Assembly: GCA_023133515.1 (NCBI GenBank)
Contig: JAGLWI010000003.1
Location: forward strand, 12,265-76,264
Length of the DNA stretch: 64,000 nucleotides
Direction of reading: 5' to 3'
Origin: Candidatus Babeliales bacterium
GTDB lineage: Bacteria; Babelota; Babeliae; Babelales; UASB340
Position numbers and translations under genes: made by a program. The notes beneath the pieces were generated by a model, which ran no database searches, was not told where the DNA came from, and saw nothing but the letters and a program-made list of their open reading frames with translations. Positions 48,513-57,713 of the stretch are shown in pieces. Numbering within the stretch: the stretch's first letter is position 1; each line of letters opens with the position of its first letter.

Positions 48513-48992
48513 ATGAATAAACAATTCAAAATCAGATTGGCAAAAAAGGGTGATATGATGGATATTTTTAATTTATCAAATGACCTTATTGTAAGAAAAA
48601 ATTCTTTTAATCAAGAAAATATTGAGTTACAAGATCATATTCGATGGTTTACTAATAAAATTAATAGTGATGATTGTATTTTTTATGTAGCAAAAAGTAA
48701 AAAAAATGATTTTATTGGATATGTGAGATTTGATAAAGAAAACGAAAAGGAATATGTTATTACAATTCACTTATCGAAAGAATTTAGAGGACGTGGTTTA
48801 GGATATAAAATAATAAAGGATACATCGAATCTTTTTTTTGAGGATTGTGTTGCAGATATTATACATGCATATATTAAAAAAGATAATCATGCTTCTTTGA
48901 AAAGTTTTTTGAAATGTAGATATGAAATTATTGGTGAAAAAATAATAAATAATCAAATCTGTTTAAGGTTAAAATGTTGTAAATTTTTGTAA
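48513..48992 (+). CDS. pseH: GNAT-family N-acetyltransferase, PseH-like
   Basis: Motifs are IRLAKKGDMMDIFNLSNDLIVRKNS, FIGYVRFD and FRGRGLGYKII. It sits in the pse neighbourhood. The ATG at 48513 is preferred over the start at 48462. Confidence 0.55.
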   Translation: MNKQFKIRLAKKGDMMDIFNLSNDLIVRKNSFNQENIELQDHIRWFTNKINSDDCIFYVAKSKKNDFIGYVRFDKENEKEYVITIHLSKEFRGRGLGYKIIKDTSNLFFEDCVADIIHAYIKKDNHASLKSFLKCRYEIIGEKIINNQICLRLKCCKFL

Positions 48993-49013
48993 TAAATTTA
49001 TATCGATTTATAA

Positions 49014-49709
49014 ATGGTAAAAAATGTGAATAATGAAAAAGTTTTAGTTATAGCTGCTCATCCGGATGACGAAATTTTAGGTTGTGGAGGGACTGTTGCA
49101 AAGCATGCAAAAAATGGTGATATTGTAAATGTTGTTATTATTGCAGAAGGTGTAACCAGTCGTTATGAAAAAATAAATATTAAAAAAAGAGAGAAAGAAC
49201 TTTCTGAATTATCCAAATCTTCTCATAAAGCTAATGAAATATTGGGAGTTTCTTCTTTAAAGTTATTTGATTTTCCTGATAATAAAATGGATTCTATTAT
49301 TAGATTGGATTTGATAAAAAAAATAGAAGGGTGTATTGATAAATTTGAACCATCGATAGTTTATACTCATCACTTTGGAGATTTAAATGTGGACCATCGT
49401 AGAGTTCATGAGGCAGTTGTAACTTCTTGTAGGCCTATTCCTGGACATTCAGTAAAAAGAATTTTATTTTTTGAAGTTGCATCTAGTACCGAATGGAATC
49501 CGTCTACTTTGTTTTCTCCTAATTGGTTTGTTGATATTTCTGGTACTTTGGATTGTAAATTAAAAGCGTTAGAGGCTTATAAAACAGAAATTAGGGACTT
49601 TCCTCATAGTAGATCTTTTAAAGCATTAAAATCTTTAGCTGAATGGAGAGGTGCAAGTGTTGGTTTATTTGCAGCGGAAGCATTTATTTTGGGAAGAAAT
49701 TTGGAATAA
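49014..49709 (+). CDS. PIG-L/LmbE-family N-acetylglucosaminyl deacetylase
   Basis: Motifs are VLVIAAHPDDEILGCGGTVAKH and HHFGDLNVDHRRVHEA. Confidence 0.85.
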   Translation: MVKNVNNEKVLVIAAHPDDEILGCGGTVAKHAKNGDIVNVVIIAEGVTSRYEKINIKKREKELSELSKSSHKANEILGVSSLKLFDFPDNKMDSIIRLDLIKKIEGCIDKFEPSIVYTHHFGDLNVDHRRVHEAVVTSCRPIPGHSVKRILFFEVASSTEWNPSTLFSPNWFVDISGTLDCKLKALEAYKTEIRDFPHSRSFKALKSLAEWRGASVGLFAAEAFILGRNLE

Positions 49710-49722
49710 TTAAAGAGGTTTT

Positions 49723-50772
49723 ATGAAGGAGATTGTTATAGAAGAGAGATTGATCGGAAAAAAACATCCACCATTTATTGTTGCGGAAATGTCTGGAAAT
49801 CATAATCAATCACTTCAACGGGCATTACAAATTGTAGAAATTGCTTCAAAATCAGGGGCTCATGCTTTAAAATTACAAACTTATACTGCAGATACAATGA
49901 CTCTTGATATCAATGAAGGTGATTTTTATATAAATGACTTGGATAGTTTATGGAAAGGAGAATCTTTACATAAATTGTATCAAAAAGCATATACTCCATG
50001 GGAATGGCATAAAGATATTTTTGATAGATGTAGAAAATTAGGAATAATTTGTTTTAGTACACCATTCGATGAAAGTGCCGTTGATTTTTTAGAATCTTTA
50101 AATGTTCCTTGTTATAAAATTGCTTCTTTTGAAAATAATCATTTACCTCTTATAAAAAAAATTGCAGAGACAGGAAAACCAATAATTATGTCTACTGGAA
50201 TGGCTTCTGTTGTAGAAATCGATGAGGCTGTAAAAATGATTAGAAATTGTGGGAATAATAATATAATTTTGCTTAAGTGTACAAGTTCGTATCCTGCATC
50301 TCCTGAAGACTCAAATCTTTTGACAATTCCTCATATGAAAGATCTTTTTGGTTGTCAAATTGGTTTGTCGGATCATACTTTAGGCATTGGGGTTGCTATT
50401 GCAAGTGTGTCTTTGGGTTCAACTGTTATAGAAAAACATTTTACTTTGAATAGAGATGATGGTGGTGTTGATTCTTCTTTTTCATTAGAGCCGGAAGAAA
50501 TGAAAAATTTAGTTATTGAGACTAAAAGGGCATGGGAAGCTTTAGGAAAAATTAATTATTCTCCAACTAAAAAAGAATTAAAGTCTATGAAATTTCGTAG
50601 ATCAATTTATGTATCAGGAAACATAAAAAAAGGAGATATCTTTACAAAAAATAATATAAAAATAATAAGACCAGGATTTGGACTGCATCCAAGATATTTT
50701 GATAAAATTTTGGGTAAAAAAGCTAGTTGTGATTTAAAAATAGGAGATCCTTTTAAGTGGGATTTTATTTAA
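49723..50772 (+). CDS. pseI: Pseudaminic acid synthase (NeuB family with C-terminal SAF domain)
   Basis: Motifs are PPFIVAEMSGNHNQSL, ALKLQTYTADTMT, YKIASFE, GLSDHTLG, IEKHFTL and a SAF-like tail. Confidence 0.85.
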   Translation: MKEIVIEERLIGKKHPPFIVAEMSGNHNQSLQRALQIVEIASKSGAHALKLQTYTADTMTLDINEGDFYINDLDSLWKGESLHKLYQKAYTPWEWHKDIFDRCRKLGIICFSTPFDESAVDFLESLNVPCYKIASFENNHLPLIKKIAETGKPIIMSTGMASVVEIDEAVKMIRNCGNNNIILLKCTSSYPASPEDSNLLTIPHMKDLFGCQIGLSDHTLGIGVAIASVSLGSTVIEKHFTLNRDDGGVDSSFSLEPEEMKNLVIETKRAWEALGKINYSPTKKELKSMKFRRSIYVSGNIKKGDIFTKNNIKIIRPGFGLHPRYFDKILGKKASCDLKIGDPFKWDFI

Positions 50773-51698
50773 TTTTTCTAATTAAAAGAATAATTAAAAA
50801 GACAATATTTTTTTTAAAAAAACAAAATAATATATTTAAAAAAAAAGTATATTATTTTTTAAGATTGTTAAAATATTTTTTTAAAGATTTGAAAAATGAA
50901 TATAAATTTACGATATCAGATCGTTATTTAGGAGCAAAGCTTTGTGTTGGAGGTTATAATCAGCAAATAAAAGAAAATTATTACGATTTTAATGAGATAT
51001 TAAATAAAGTTGTTGTAAATGATTTAAATATTTATGTTCCCAAAAATTCGTTTAAAAAAGGAGAACTTTCGTATCTTTATAAAGAAGTTTTTTTACCAAT
51101 TAAAAAAAATCCACATGCATATGAAATGAGTTTTGTGAGAATTAATCCAGGAGATGTTGTGATTGATGCAGGATCATGTGAAGGTTTTTTTACTTTTTAT
51201 GCTTTAAATAAATATGCAAAAAAGATTTATGCTTTTGAGCCTCTTGGTTTATTTGAGGAATCTTTAAAAAAGACTTTTTTTGTTCAAATAAAAAATGGAA
51301 AAGTAAGTATTATTAAAAAAGGCTTATCTGATAAAACTGGAACAGAAAAATTTTATAGTGATGGAGAATACATATGTACTGCTAAATTTGATAAAGATGG
51401 AAAGAAATTAGTAGAAACTATTACTATAGATAATTTTGTTATTCATAATAATTGTTCAAAAATTGATTTTATAAAAATGGATATTGAGAATGCTGAAGTA
51501 AAAGCAATAAAAGGGGCAAAAGATACAATCAAAAAATTTCTTCCACGTATGTCGATAGCTGTATATCATGATCATAAAAATGCAAAAGAAATAAAAAGAA
51601 TTTTATTAGAATATGTGCCAGAATATAAAGTGATATTTGGAGGATGTTACATGTATGAATTACCTTATAGACCATACATGATTTATGCCTATGTTTAA
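50757..51698 (+). CDS. FkbM-family methyltransferase
   Basis: Motifs are VVIDAGSCEGFFTFYAL, YAFEP and IDFIKMDIENAEVKAIKGA. The start is GTG. Confidence 0.7.
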   Translation: MGFYLIFLIKRIIKKTIFFLKKQNNIFKKKVYYFLRLLKYFFKDLKNEYKFTISDRYLGAKLCVGGYNQQIKENYYDFNEILNKVVVNDLNIYVPKNSFKKGELSYLYKEVFLPIKKNPHAYEMSFVRINPGDVVIDAGSCEGFFTFYALNKYAKKIYAFEPLGLFEESLKKTFFVQIKNGKVSIIKKGLSDKTGTEKFYSDGEYICTAKFDKDGKKLVETITIDNFVIHNNCSKIDFIKMDIENAEVKAIKGAKDTIKKFLPRMSIAVYHDHKNAKEIKRILLEYVPEYKVIFGGCYMYELPYRPYMIYAYV

Positions 51699-51723
51699 TA
51701 TTAAATTCTAAAGGGAGTTTGGA

Positions 51724-53463
51724 TTGTATATTTCTTATTTTAATGACAAATTACATAAGCTTAAACATAAAATAAATTTTATTTTAAAAAAAAGAAAAAT
51801 AAATGATATTGAATCAATATTAATAAAGATAAGAAAAGACGTTAGTAAGATTGTAAAAAAAAAGAAGATTAAAAATAAAAAGAGAATTTTATTTGGATTA
51901 AGTTTTAGTGCTTTTGAGCCAAATAAAGTTCACGATTTTTTATTATCACAATCTTTAATTTTGAGGGGTGCTGAAATTATTCCTGTTATTTGTGGTGCTG
52001 TTCAGGAAGGTCAGTGTAGTGTTTATGGCGGTGTTTGGGGAAGTTATACTGGTATTAAAGAAAAAGATATTTTAATTAGTAAAAAGAATTGTGATAAATG
52101 CATTAAGTCTGATCTTAAATTATGGAAAGTTTGGGCTGGAATAGATCCTGTTTTTTTAAAAAATTATTTGAAAGACATAGATAGAGAAAAAATAAGAAAA
52201 ATAGTTGAATCGTGTGATGTCTATAATTATAAAGATTTAACTTATGATGGTATTTTAGTTGGTAAATTTGCATTAAATTCTTTAAGAAATAATGAGTTAG
52301 TAATTGATGTATCTCTGATAAAAAATAATCAAAAATTGTTTAAAGCTTATCTATTTAATGTAATTATTATGGTAGATGCTTTAAAAAATCTTTTGGATGA
52401 TATAAAGCCAGACGTCATTATAACAAACGATACTTTTTATTACCCATGGTCGATATTAGAAAAATTGGCATTAAGAAAAGGTATTATTTTTCATTGTAAT
52501 AGTCCAGGTGGGCGGAAAAATAGTTGGAGTTATTCTACAAATAAACAAACTTATCCAACTACATTTAATTTGAAAGTGATTTGGAAAAGTTGGGAACAAA
52601 GAAACTTATCTGTTTTAGAAGAAGAATTGGTAGAAGATCATTTAGATAATTTAATTTCTGGTAATCATATGCCTATAAATACAGCAATTCCTTTATCTTC
52701 AAAAAAAAATAATTTTAAAATAAATTTTAATAAACCTACGGTTTTATTAGTTTCAAATATTTGTTGGGATTTGTCTGTTCTAGATTCTGATTTATTTTTT
52801 AATAGTATGTTTGACTGGATTTTAAAAACAGTTAAATTTTTTATAGATCATAAAGAATTTCAGTTGATAATTAAGCCTCATCCTGCAGAAGAAATTGACC
52901 GTTTACCTACATCTAAACAAAAAGTTTCTGATGAGATTAAAAAACATTTTAAACATTTACCTGAAAATATTATTCTTTTAAATCCTAAAACACAGTTTAG
53001 TGTTTATGATTTGTTTCCACATGTAAGTTTGGGATTAGTTTATACTTCTACTGTCGGTATGGAAATGGCTATAAAAGGTATCTCTGTTGTAACTTGTGCG
53101 AATGCTCCTTATAGAGGTAAAGGATTTACTTATGATCCTAAAACAGAAAAAGAATATTTTTTTTTAATAAAAGATTTATTAAAAAAGAAAGAAGATTTAG
53201 AAGAGCAAAAAGTGAAGATTAAATTGGCTAAGAAATTTTTATATCTGAATCATTTTGTTGTCTATTCTAATTTTGGTTTTTTTGATTGGAATTATACAAG
53301 CCCCTTATCTTTAAAAATTTCCTGTGCAAAAGATTTGATGCCAGGAAAAAATGTTGTATTAGATTATATATGTGATTCTATAATGAATGATTTACTAATA
53401 ATTGATAAAAATAGATTTCCACCTGTTGTGAGAAATGGAGAAATAGTTACTAAATGTTGTTGA
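51724..53463 (+). CDS. Capsule_synth (KpsC/KpsS)-like protein, putative ulosonic/nonulosonic-acid glycosyltransferase
   Basis: 579 aa. FQLIIKPHPAEE resembles the conserved HP motif of KpsC/KpsS-type enzymes. The start is TTG. The assignment is weak. Confidence 0.35.
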   Translation: MYISYFNDKLHKLKHKINFILKKRKINDIESILIKIRKDVSKIVKKKKIKNKKRILFGLSFSAFEPNKVHDFLLSQSLILRGAEIIPVICGAVQEGQCSVYGGVWGSYTGIKEKDILISKKNCDKCIKSDLKLWKVWAGIDPVFLKNYLKDIDREKIRKIVESCDVYNYKDLTYDGILVGKFALNSLRNNELVIDVSLIKNNQKLFKAYLFNVIIMVDALKNLLDDIKPDVIITNDTFYYPWSILEKLALRKGIIFHCNSPGGRKNSWSYSTNKQTYPTTFNLKVIWKSWEQRNLSVLEEELVEDHLDNLISGNHMPINTAIPLSSKKNNFKINFNKPTVLLVSNICWDLSVLDSDLFFNSMFDWILKTVKFFIDHKEFQLIIKPHPAEEIDRLPTSKQKVSDEIKKHFKHLPENIILLNPKTQFSVYDLFPHVSLGLVYTSTVGMEMAIKGISVVTCANAPYRGKGFTYDPKTEKEYFFLIKDLLKKKEDLEEQKVKIKLAKKFLYLNHFVVYSNFGFFDWNYTSPLSLKISCAKDLMPGKNVVLDYICDSIMNDLLIIDKNRFPPVVRNGEIVTKCC

Positions 53464-53478
53464 TGGATGTAGTGTGAA

Positions 53479-53690
53479 TTAAAAAAAATTATTTTTACAA
53501 CTCCCATGCTTGAGCATCCTCCAGCAGGAGTACATATTTAAGAATTGAAAATTCAATTAAAGCTTTTAATAAAATTAGTGAGTTGCATGATATTTCTCGG
53601 ATATCCAAAAAAGGTATTGGTGAGGATCTAAGTTTTTTTAAAACTTTTCAAAATATTTTTCAGAAATATATAATTTTGATTTTGTTATAA
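53479..53690 (+). pseudogene. Remnant of a glycosyltransferase gene (N-terminal fragment, frameshifted)
   Basis: LKKIIFTTPMLEHPPAGVHI ends at a stop at 53539-53541. It continues in the -1 frame as LRIENSIKAFNKISELHDISR... to 53690. No gene body follows. Confidence 0.5.
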
Positions 53691-53812
53691 AAATAGGGTT
53701 GAATTATTTTAAAACATGTGAAATATTAAAACGTATTCAAAAAAACGCAAACTTATTATTTTAAAAAAATAAATTTTGTGAAAATTCACATATTAAAATG
53801 CCAGGAGGATAT

Positions 53813-54943
53813 ATGAAGATTGAAACATCGAACACTAAATCCAATGTTATAGATGATATTAAGCTTAATCGTAAGATGCTCATACAACTTTCTCTTATTA
53901 TACCAACACATAATCGAGCGCCATCGCTTAAGCGTGTACTGGATAATATTTTTGATCTTACTTCTCAAGATTATTTTAAAATAAATTTTGAAATAATTGT
54001 AGTTGATAATAACTCAAAAGATGCTACCAAAGATATTGTATTATCATACGGCGACAAAGTAAAATATGTATTCGAAGAAAATACATCTTTTACTAAAGCA
54101 CGGCATACCGGTGCTCATAATGCACAGGGGGAAATTCTAGTATATCTTGATGACGATATATGTATAAAATCGGGCACATTTGAAGAAATAGTACGTATAT
54201 TTTCACAGAATTCAGATTGTGGTGTTGCGGGGGGCAAAATCCTTGCGCACTTTGAACAAACGCCACCTGATTGGGTGACAAAATTGCAAGCGAGTTTTAA
54301 TGGGCTTTCATTATTTAATTTGGGGGATACGGAAAAAAAAGTTCATGCTGTACCGGCTCCTTTAATGGCTATCAGAAAGATTGCTTTTGATGCTGTTGGG
54401 GGTTTTCCGCCTGATACCGTTGGGGTAGAAACAAATAAAGTGCATAAGACTTTTAAAAAATTATATATAGGGCCAGGAGATTACGCTTTTTGTTTACTGT
54501 GCAGAAATGTTGGATATTCTATTATTTATTCTCCTAAAATTGTTATTGAACACATCATTTCTCCTTTTAGACTTACCAAAGAATTTTGGCTTTCTCGCAT
54601 GATTGGTGAAGGACACTGTATAGCTGTTACACAAGCAAATATGAAAGAACTCAAAATTGAAGGAGCTCGGGCTAAAAAAATAAAACGCTTTAATCGTTGG
54701 AAAGAAATCAAACACTTTTTCACAGCAAAATTACAACGCATCAAAGGAATAAGGGATCCTTTGCTTGTTGATGAAATGTGGTTTGAATATTATCGCTCCA
54801 GACGAAGCATGGAATATATTTTAAGCAAGAATCCACATCTTGCTTCTTATCTTTGGCAAATTGGACTGGAAGGAATTCCCGATAAAGATTTTGAAACGGT
54901 CTTGAAAAAATTACCAAAGGCTTACCAAGACCTTGCATTATGA
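53813..54943 (+). CDS. GT2-family glycosyltransferase (GC-elevated)
   Basis: Motifs are LSLIIPTHNRAPSLKRVLDNI, IIVVDNNSKDAT and VYLDDD. AGGAGGA lies upstream of the ATG at 53813. Confidence 0.8.
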   Translation: MKIETSNTKSNVIDDIKLNRKMLIQLSLIIPTHNRAPSLKRVLDNIFDLTSQDYFKINFEIIVVDNNSKDATKDIVLSYGDKVKYVFEENTSFTKARHTGAHNAQGEILVYLDDDICIKSGTFEEIVRIFSQNSDCGVAGGKILAHFEQTPPDWVTKLQASFNGLSLFNLGDTEKKVHAVPAPLMAIRKIAFDAVGGFPPDTVGVETNKVHKTFKKLYIGPGDYAFCLLCRNVGYSIIYSPKIVIEHIISPFRLTKEFWLSRMIGEGHCIAVTQANMKELKIEGARAKKIKRFNRWKEIKHFFTAKLQRIKGIRDPLLVDEMWFEYYRSRRSMEYILSKNPHLASYLWQIGLEGIPDKDFETVLKKLPKAYQDLAL

Positions 54944-54966
54944 CAGTATTATAGATAATGAACGAG

Positions 54967-54987
54967 ATCCTGAAATAAGTTCAGGAT
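54967..54987. terminator. Short hairpin (8-bp stem), possibly a decayed element copy or a terminator
   Basis: The sequence is atcctgaa-ataag-ttcaggat. Its flanks (ttcaggatgac) echo the element terminus ctcaggatgagc. Confidence 0.4.
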
Positions 54988-55023
54988 GACAATTAGAATA
55001 AATAATAAAAAAAGAGAAACAGT

Positions 55024-56112
55024 ATGGACATATTAATTACAGGAGGTGCCGGATTTATTGGCTGTAATGCCGTTCAATATTTTGCATTACAAAAACATAA
55101 AGTTTTTGTAATTGATAATTTGTCTCGCCCAACAGCTCGTATAAATTTGCAATATATGTTTGATAATAATGTTAGTTTTAATTTCACACACATCGATATT
55201 ACTAACAGATCCCTCCTTGAAGATTTTTTTAAAAGACATGCTTTTGATGCAATTATTCACTTAGCAGGACAAGTCGCAGTAACCAGTTCTGTGCAAAATC
55301 CACGTCATGATTTTGATATAAACGCTCACGGTACTTTTAATCTTCTTGAGTGTATACGTTTATATAACCCAAACGCAATTTTTATTAATGCTTCAACCAA
55401 TAAAGTATATGGTAAGCTGACAGATCATGATGTTATTGAAGAAAAAACATGTTATCGCTATCGTGATTATGAGTATAGTGGTGTTACTGAGCAGCAGCCA
55501 CTCGATTTTTACTCACCTTATGGGTGTTCCAAAGGTATTGCTGATCAATATACACTTGATTATGCACGCATATATAATTTAAAAACAGTATCGGTACGGC
55601 AATCATGTATTTATGGCCCACACCAGTTTGGCGTTGAAGATCAAGGCTGGGTAGCCTGGTTTATTATCGCATTTTTGACAAATAAGCCTATAACTATTTA
55701 TGGGAATGGCAAGCAGGTACGAGATGTTTTGTTTGTATCTGATTTAATAAAATTTTACGAGCTTGCGATCAATAATATTAATAAAATAAGTGGCCAGGCT
55801 TTTAATATTGGTGGAGGCAAAACAAACTCACTATCTCTTTTAGAGTTTTTTAATGTGCTTGAAACTATTACAGGCAAAAAGGTTATTTATTCTTTTGATA
55901 CATGGCGACCGGGAGATCAGTTTGTTTTTGTTTCAGATACTTTAAAAGCTGAAAAAATTGTTGAATTTAGGCCACGGATCTCATACAAAGAAGGTATACA
56001 AAAAACGTATAATTGGTTACTCAAAAATTCGGGGCATGTGGTTACATCAAAAATAAAAAATAATAAAAATGATATAAATATGTATCTACATGAGAGTAGA
56101 AAAATCTGTTAG
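55024..56112 (+). CDS. CDP-paratose/CDP-tyvelose 2-epimerase-like extended SDR (GC-elevated)
   Basis: Motifs are MDILITGGAGFIGCNAV, IDNLSRPTARINLQYM, STNKVYG, DFYSPYGCSKGIADQYTLDYARIY, DQGWVAWF, GNGKQVRDVL and NIGGGKTNSLSLLEF. Confidence 0.7.
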   Translation: MDILITGGAGFIGCNAVQYFALQKHKVFVIDNLSRPTARINLQYMFDNNVSFNFTHIDITNRSLLEDFFKRHAFDAIIHLAGQVAVTSSVQNPRHDFDINAHGTFNLLECIRLYNPNAIFINASTNKVYGKLTDHDVIEEKTCYRYRDYEYSGVTEQQPLDFYSPYGCSKGIADQYTLDYARIYNLKTVSVRQSCIYGPHQFGVEDQGWVAWFIIAFLTNKPITIYGNGKQVRDVLFVSDLIKFYELAINNINKISGQAFNIGGGKTNSLSLLEFFNVLETITGKKVIYSFDTWRPGDQFVFVSDTLKAEKIVEFRPRISYKEGIQKTYNWLLKNSGHVVTSKIKNNKNDINMYLHESRKIC

Positions 56113-56123
56113 TGTATGTTTTT

Positions 56124-56552
56124 ATGATAGAAGAAATAAAAGATAAAGGAAGTATTATCGCAATTATAGTTAGATCTAATTATAAAAAAGATGGTATTTC
56201 TTTTTTTACTCCAAACAGTTTTTCTCAACAGTTAGCATTTATGGCACATCCTGCTGAAAATACAATTTCTCCTCATGTTCATAATCCTGTATCACGAGAA
56301 GTTTGTTTGACACAGGAAGTACTCTTTATAAAAAAGGGAAAGTTGCGAGTTGATTTTTATGACAATGAAAAAATTTATCTGGAAAGTAGAATTTTAAGTG
56401 AAGGAGATGTGATTTTATTAGCTGCAGGTGGACATGGTTTTGAAGTTTTAGAAGATGTAGAGATGTTTGAAGTTAAACAAGGTCCTTATACTGGAGATAA
56501 AGATAAAACGCGTTTTAAGAAAGTTAAATCTTCCAATCTTATTATAAGATAA
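56124..56552 (+). CDS. Cupin-fold protein (WbuC-like?)
   Basis: It has the His-rich ISPHVHNPVSRE and a beta-rich pattern typical of cupins. An alternative GTG lies at 56112. Confidence 0.45.
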   Translation: MIEEIKDKGSIIAIIVRSNYKKDGISFFTPNSFSQQLAFMAHPAENTISPHVHNPVSREVCLTQEVLFIKKGKLRVDFYDNEKIYLESRILSEGDVILLAAGGHGFEVLEDVEMFEVKQGPYTGDKDKTRFKKVKSSNLIIR

Positions 56553-56573
56553 TTGCTAAAAAATAAATTTATT

Positions 56574-57713
56574 ATGCAATTAATTAGAAAAAATAAAAGT
56601 AAAAAATTTGTTATTCCTGTAAATGAACCTCTTTTAAATGGTAATGAAAAAAAATATTTAAATGAGTGTGTTGAGACTGGCTGGATATCTTCTGAAGGTC
56701 CTTTTGTAAAAGAATTTGAAAAAAAGTTTTCATCCAAAGTTAATCGTAAATATGGTGTTGCAGTTTGTAATGGTTCTGCGGCACTTGAAATAGCAGTATT
56801 GGCACTTGATTTACCAAAGGGCTCAGAAGTTATTTTACCTACATTTACAATTATTTCTTGTGCTATAGCAATTGTAAGAGCCGGCTTAATTCCTGTTTTT
56901 GTTGATAGCGATTCTTTTACTTGGAATATGAATGTTAATCAAATTGAAAAAAAGATTTCTAACAAAACAAAGGCCATAATGGTTGTTCATATTTATGGGC
57001 TACCTGTTGATATGGATCCTATTCTAAATTTAGCTAAAAAATATAATTTAAAAATTATTGAAGATGCTGCAGAAGTAATAGGACAAAAATATAAGAATAA
57101 ATCATGTGGTAGTTTTGGAGATGTAAGTATTTTTAGTTTTTATCCTAATAAACACGTTACTACAGGTGAAGGTGGGATGGTTGTAACAGATAATGAATAT
57201 ATTACTGAAAGATGTAGATCATTAAGAAATCTTTGTTTTAATTCTAAAAAAAGATTTGTTCACTATGAGCTAGGATTTAATTTTAGAATGACAAATATTC
57301 AAGCTGCAATAGGATTAGCACAATTGGAAAGATTGGATGAGTTTATTATTAAAAAACGTTTTATAGGTGAATTTTATACAGAGGCATTAAAAGAAATAAA
57401 TTCTATACAATTGCCTTTAGGTAAGACTGATTATGCCCAAAATATTTATTGGGTTTACGGATTAGTTTTAAAAGATAATTTTGATTTATGTGAGATTATC
57501 AAAAAATTGTCGGAAGAAAAAATAGGAACAAGGCCATTTTTTTGGTGTATGCATGAACAGCCTATTTTTATAAAAAAAGGTTTTTTTAAGGGTGAAAAGT
57601 ATCCTGTTGCTCAGAAATTAGCAAGAAAAGGTTTTTATATTCCAAGTGGTTTGTCTTTAAATTTATGTCAGATGGAACGGGTAGTAGAAGTTTTAAGAAA
57701 GATTTTGAAATGA
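56574..57713 (+). CDS. DegT/DnrJ/EryC1-family aminotransferase, GDP-perosamine-synthase-like
   Basis: Motifs are IPVNEPLLNGNEKKYLNECVETGWISSEGPFVKEFEKKF, FSFYPNKHVTTGEGGMVVT and FNFRMTNIQAAIGLAQLE. Confidence 0.65.
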   Translation: MQLIRKNKSKKFVIPVNEPLLNGNEKKYLNECVETGWISSEGPFVKEFEKKFSSKVNRKYGVAVCNGSAALEIAVLALDLPKGSEVILPTFTIISCAIAIVRAGLIPVFVDSDSFTWNMNVNQIEKKISNKTKAIMVVHIYGLPVDMDPILNLAKKYNLKIIEDAAEVIGQKYKNKSCGSFGDVSIFSFYPNKHVTTGEGGMVVTDNEYITERCRSLRNLCFNSKKRFVHYELGFNFRMTNIQAAIGLAQLERLDEFIIKKRFIGEFYTEALKEINSIQLPLGKTDYAQNIYWVYGLVLKDNFDLCEIIKKLSEEKIGTRPFFWCMHEQPIFIKKGFFKGEKYPVAQKLARKGFYIPSGLSLNLCQMERVVEVLRKILK

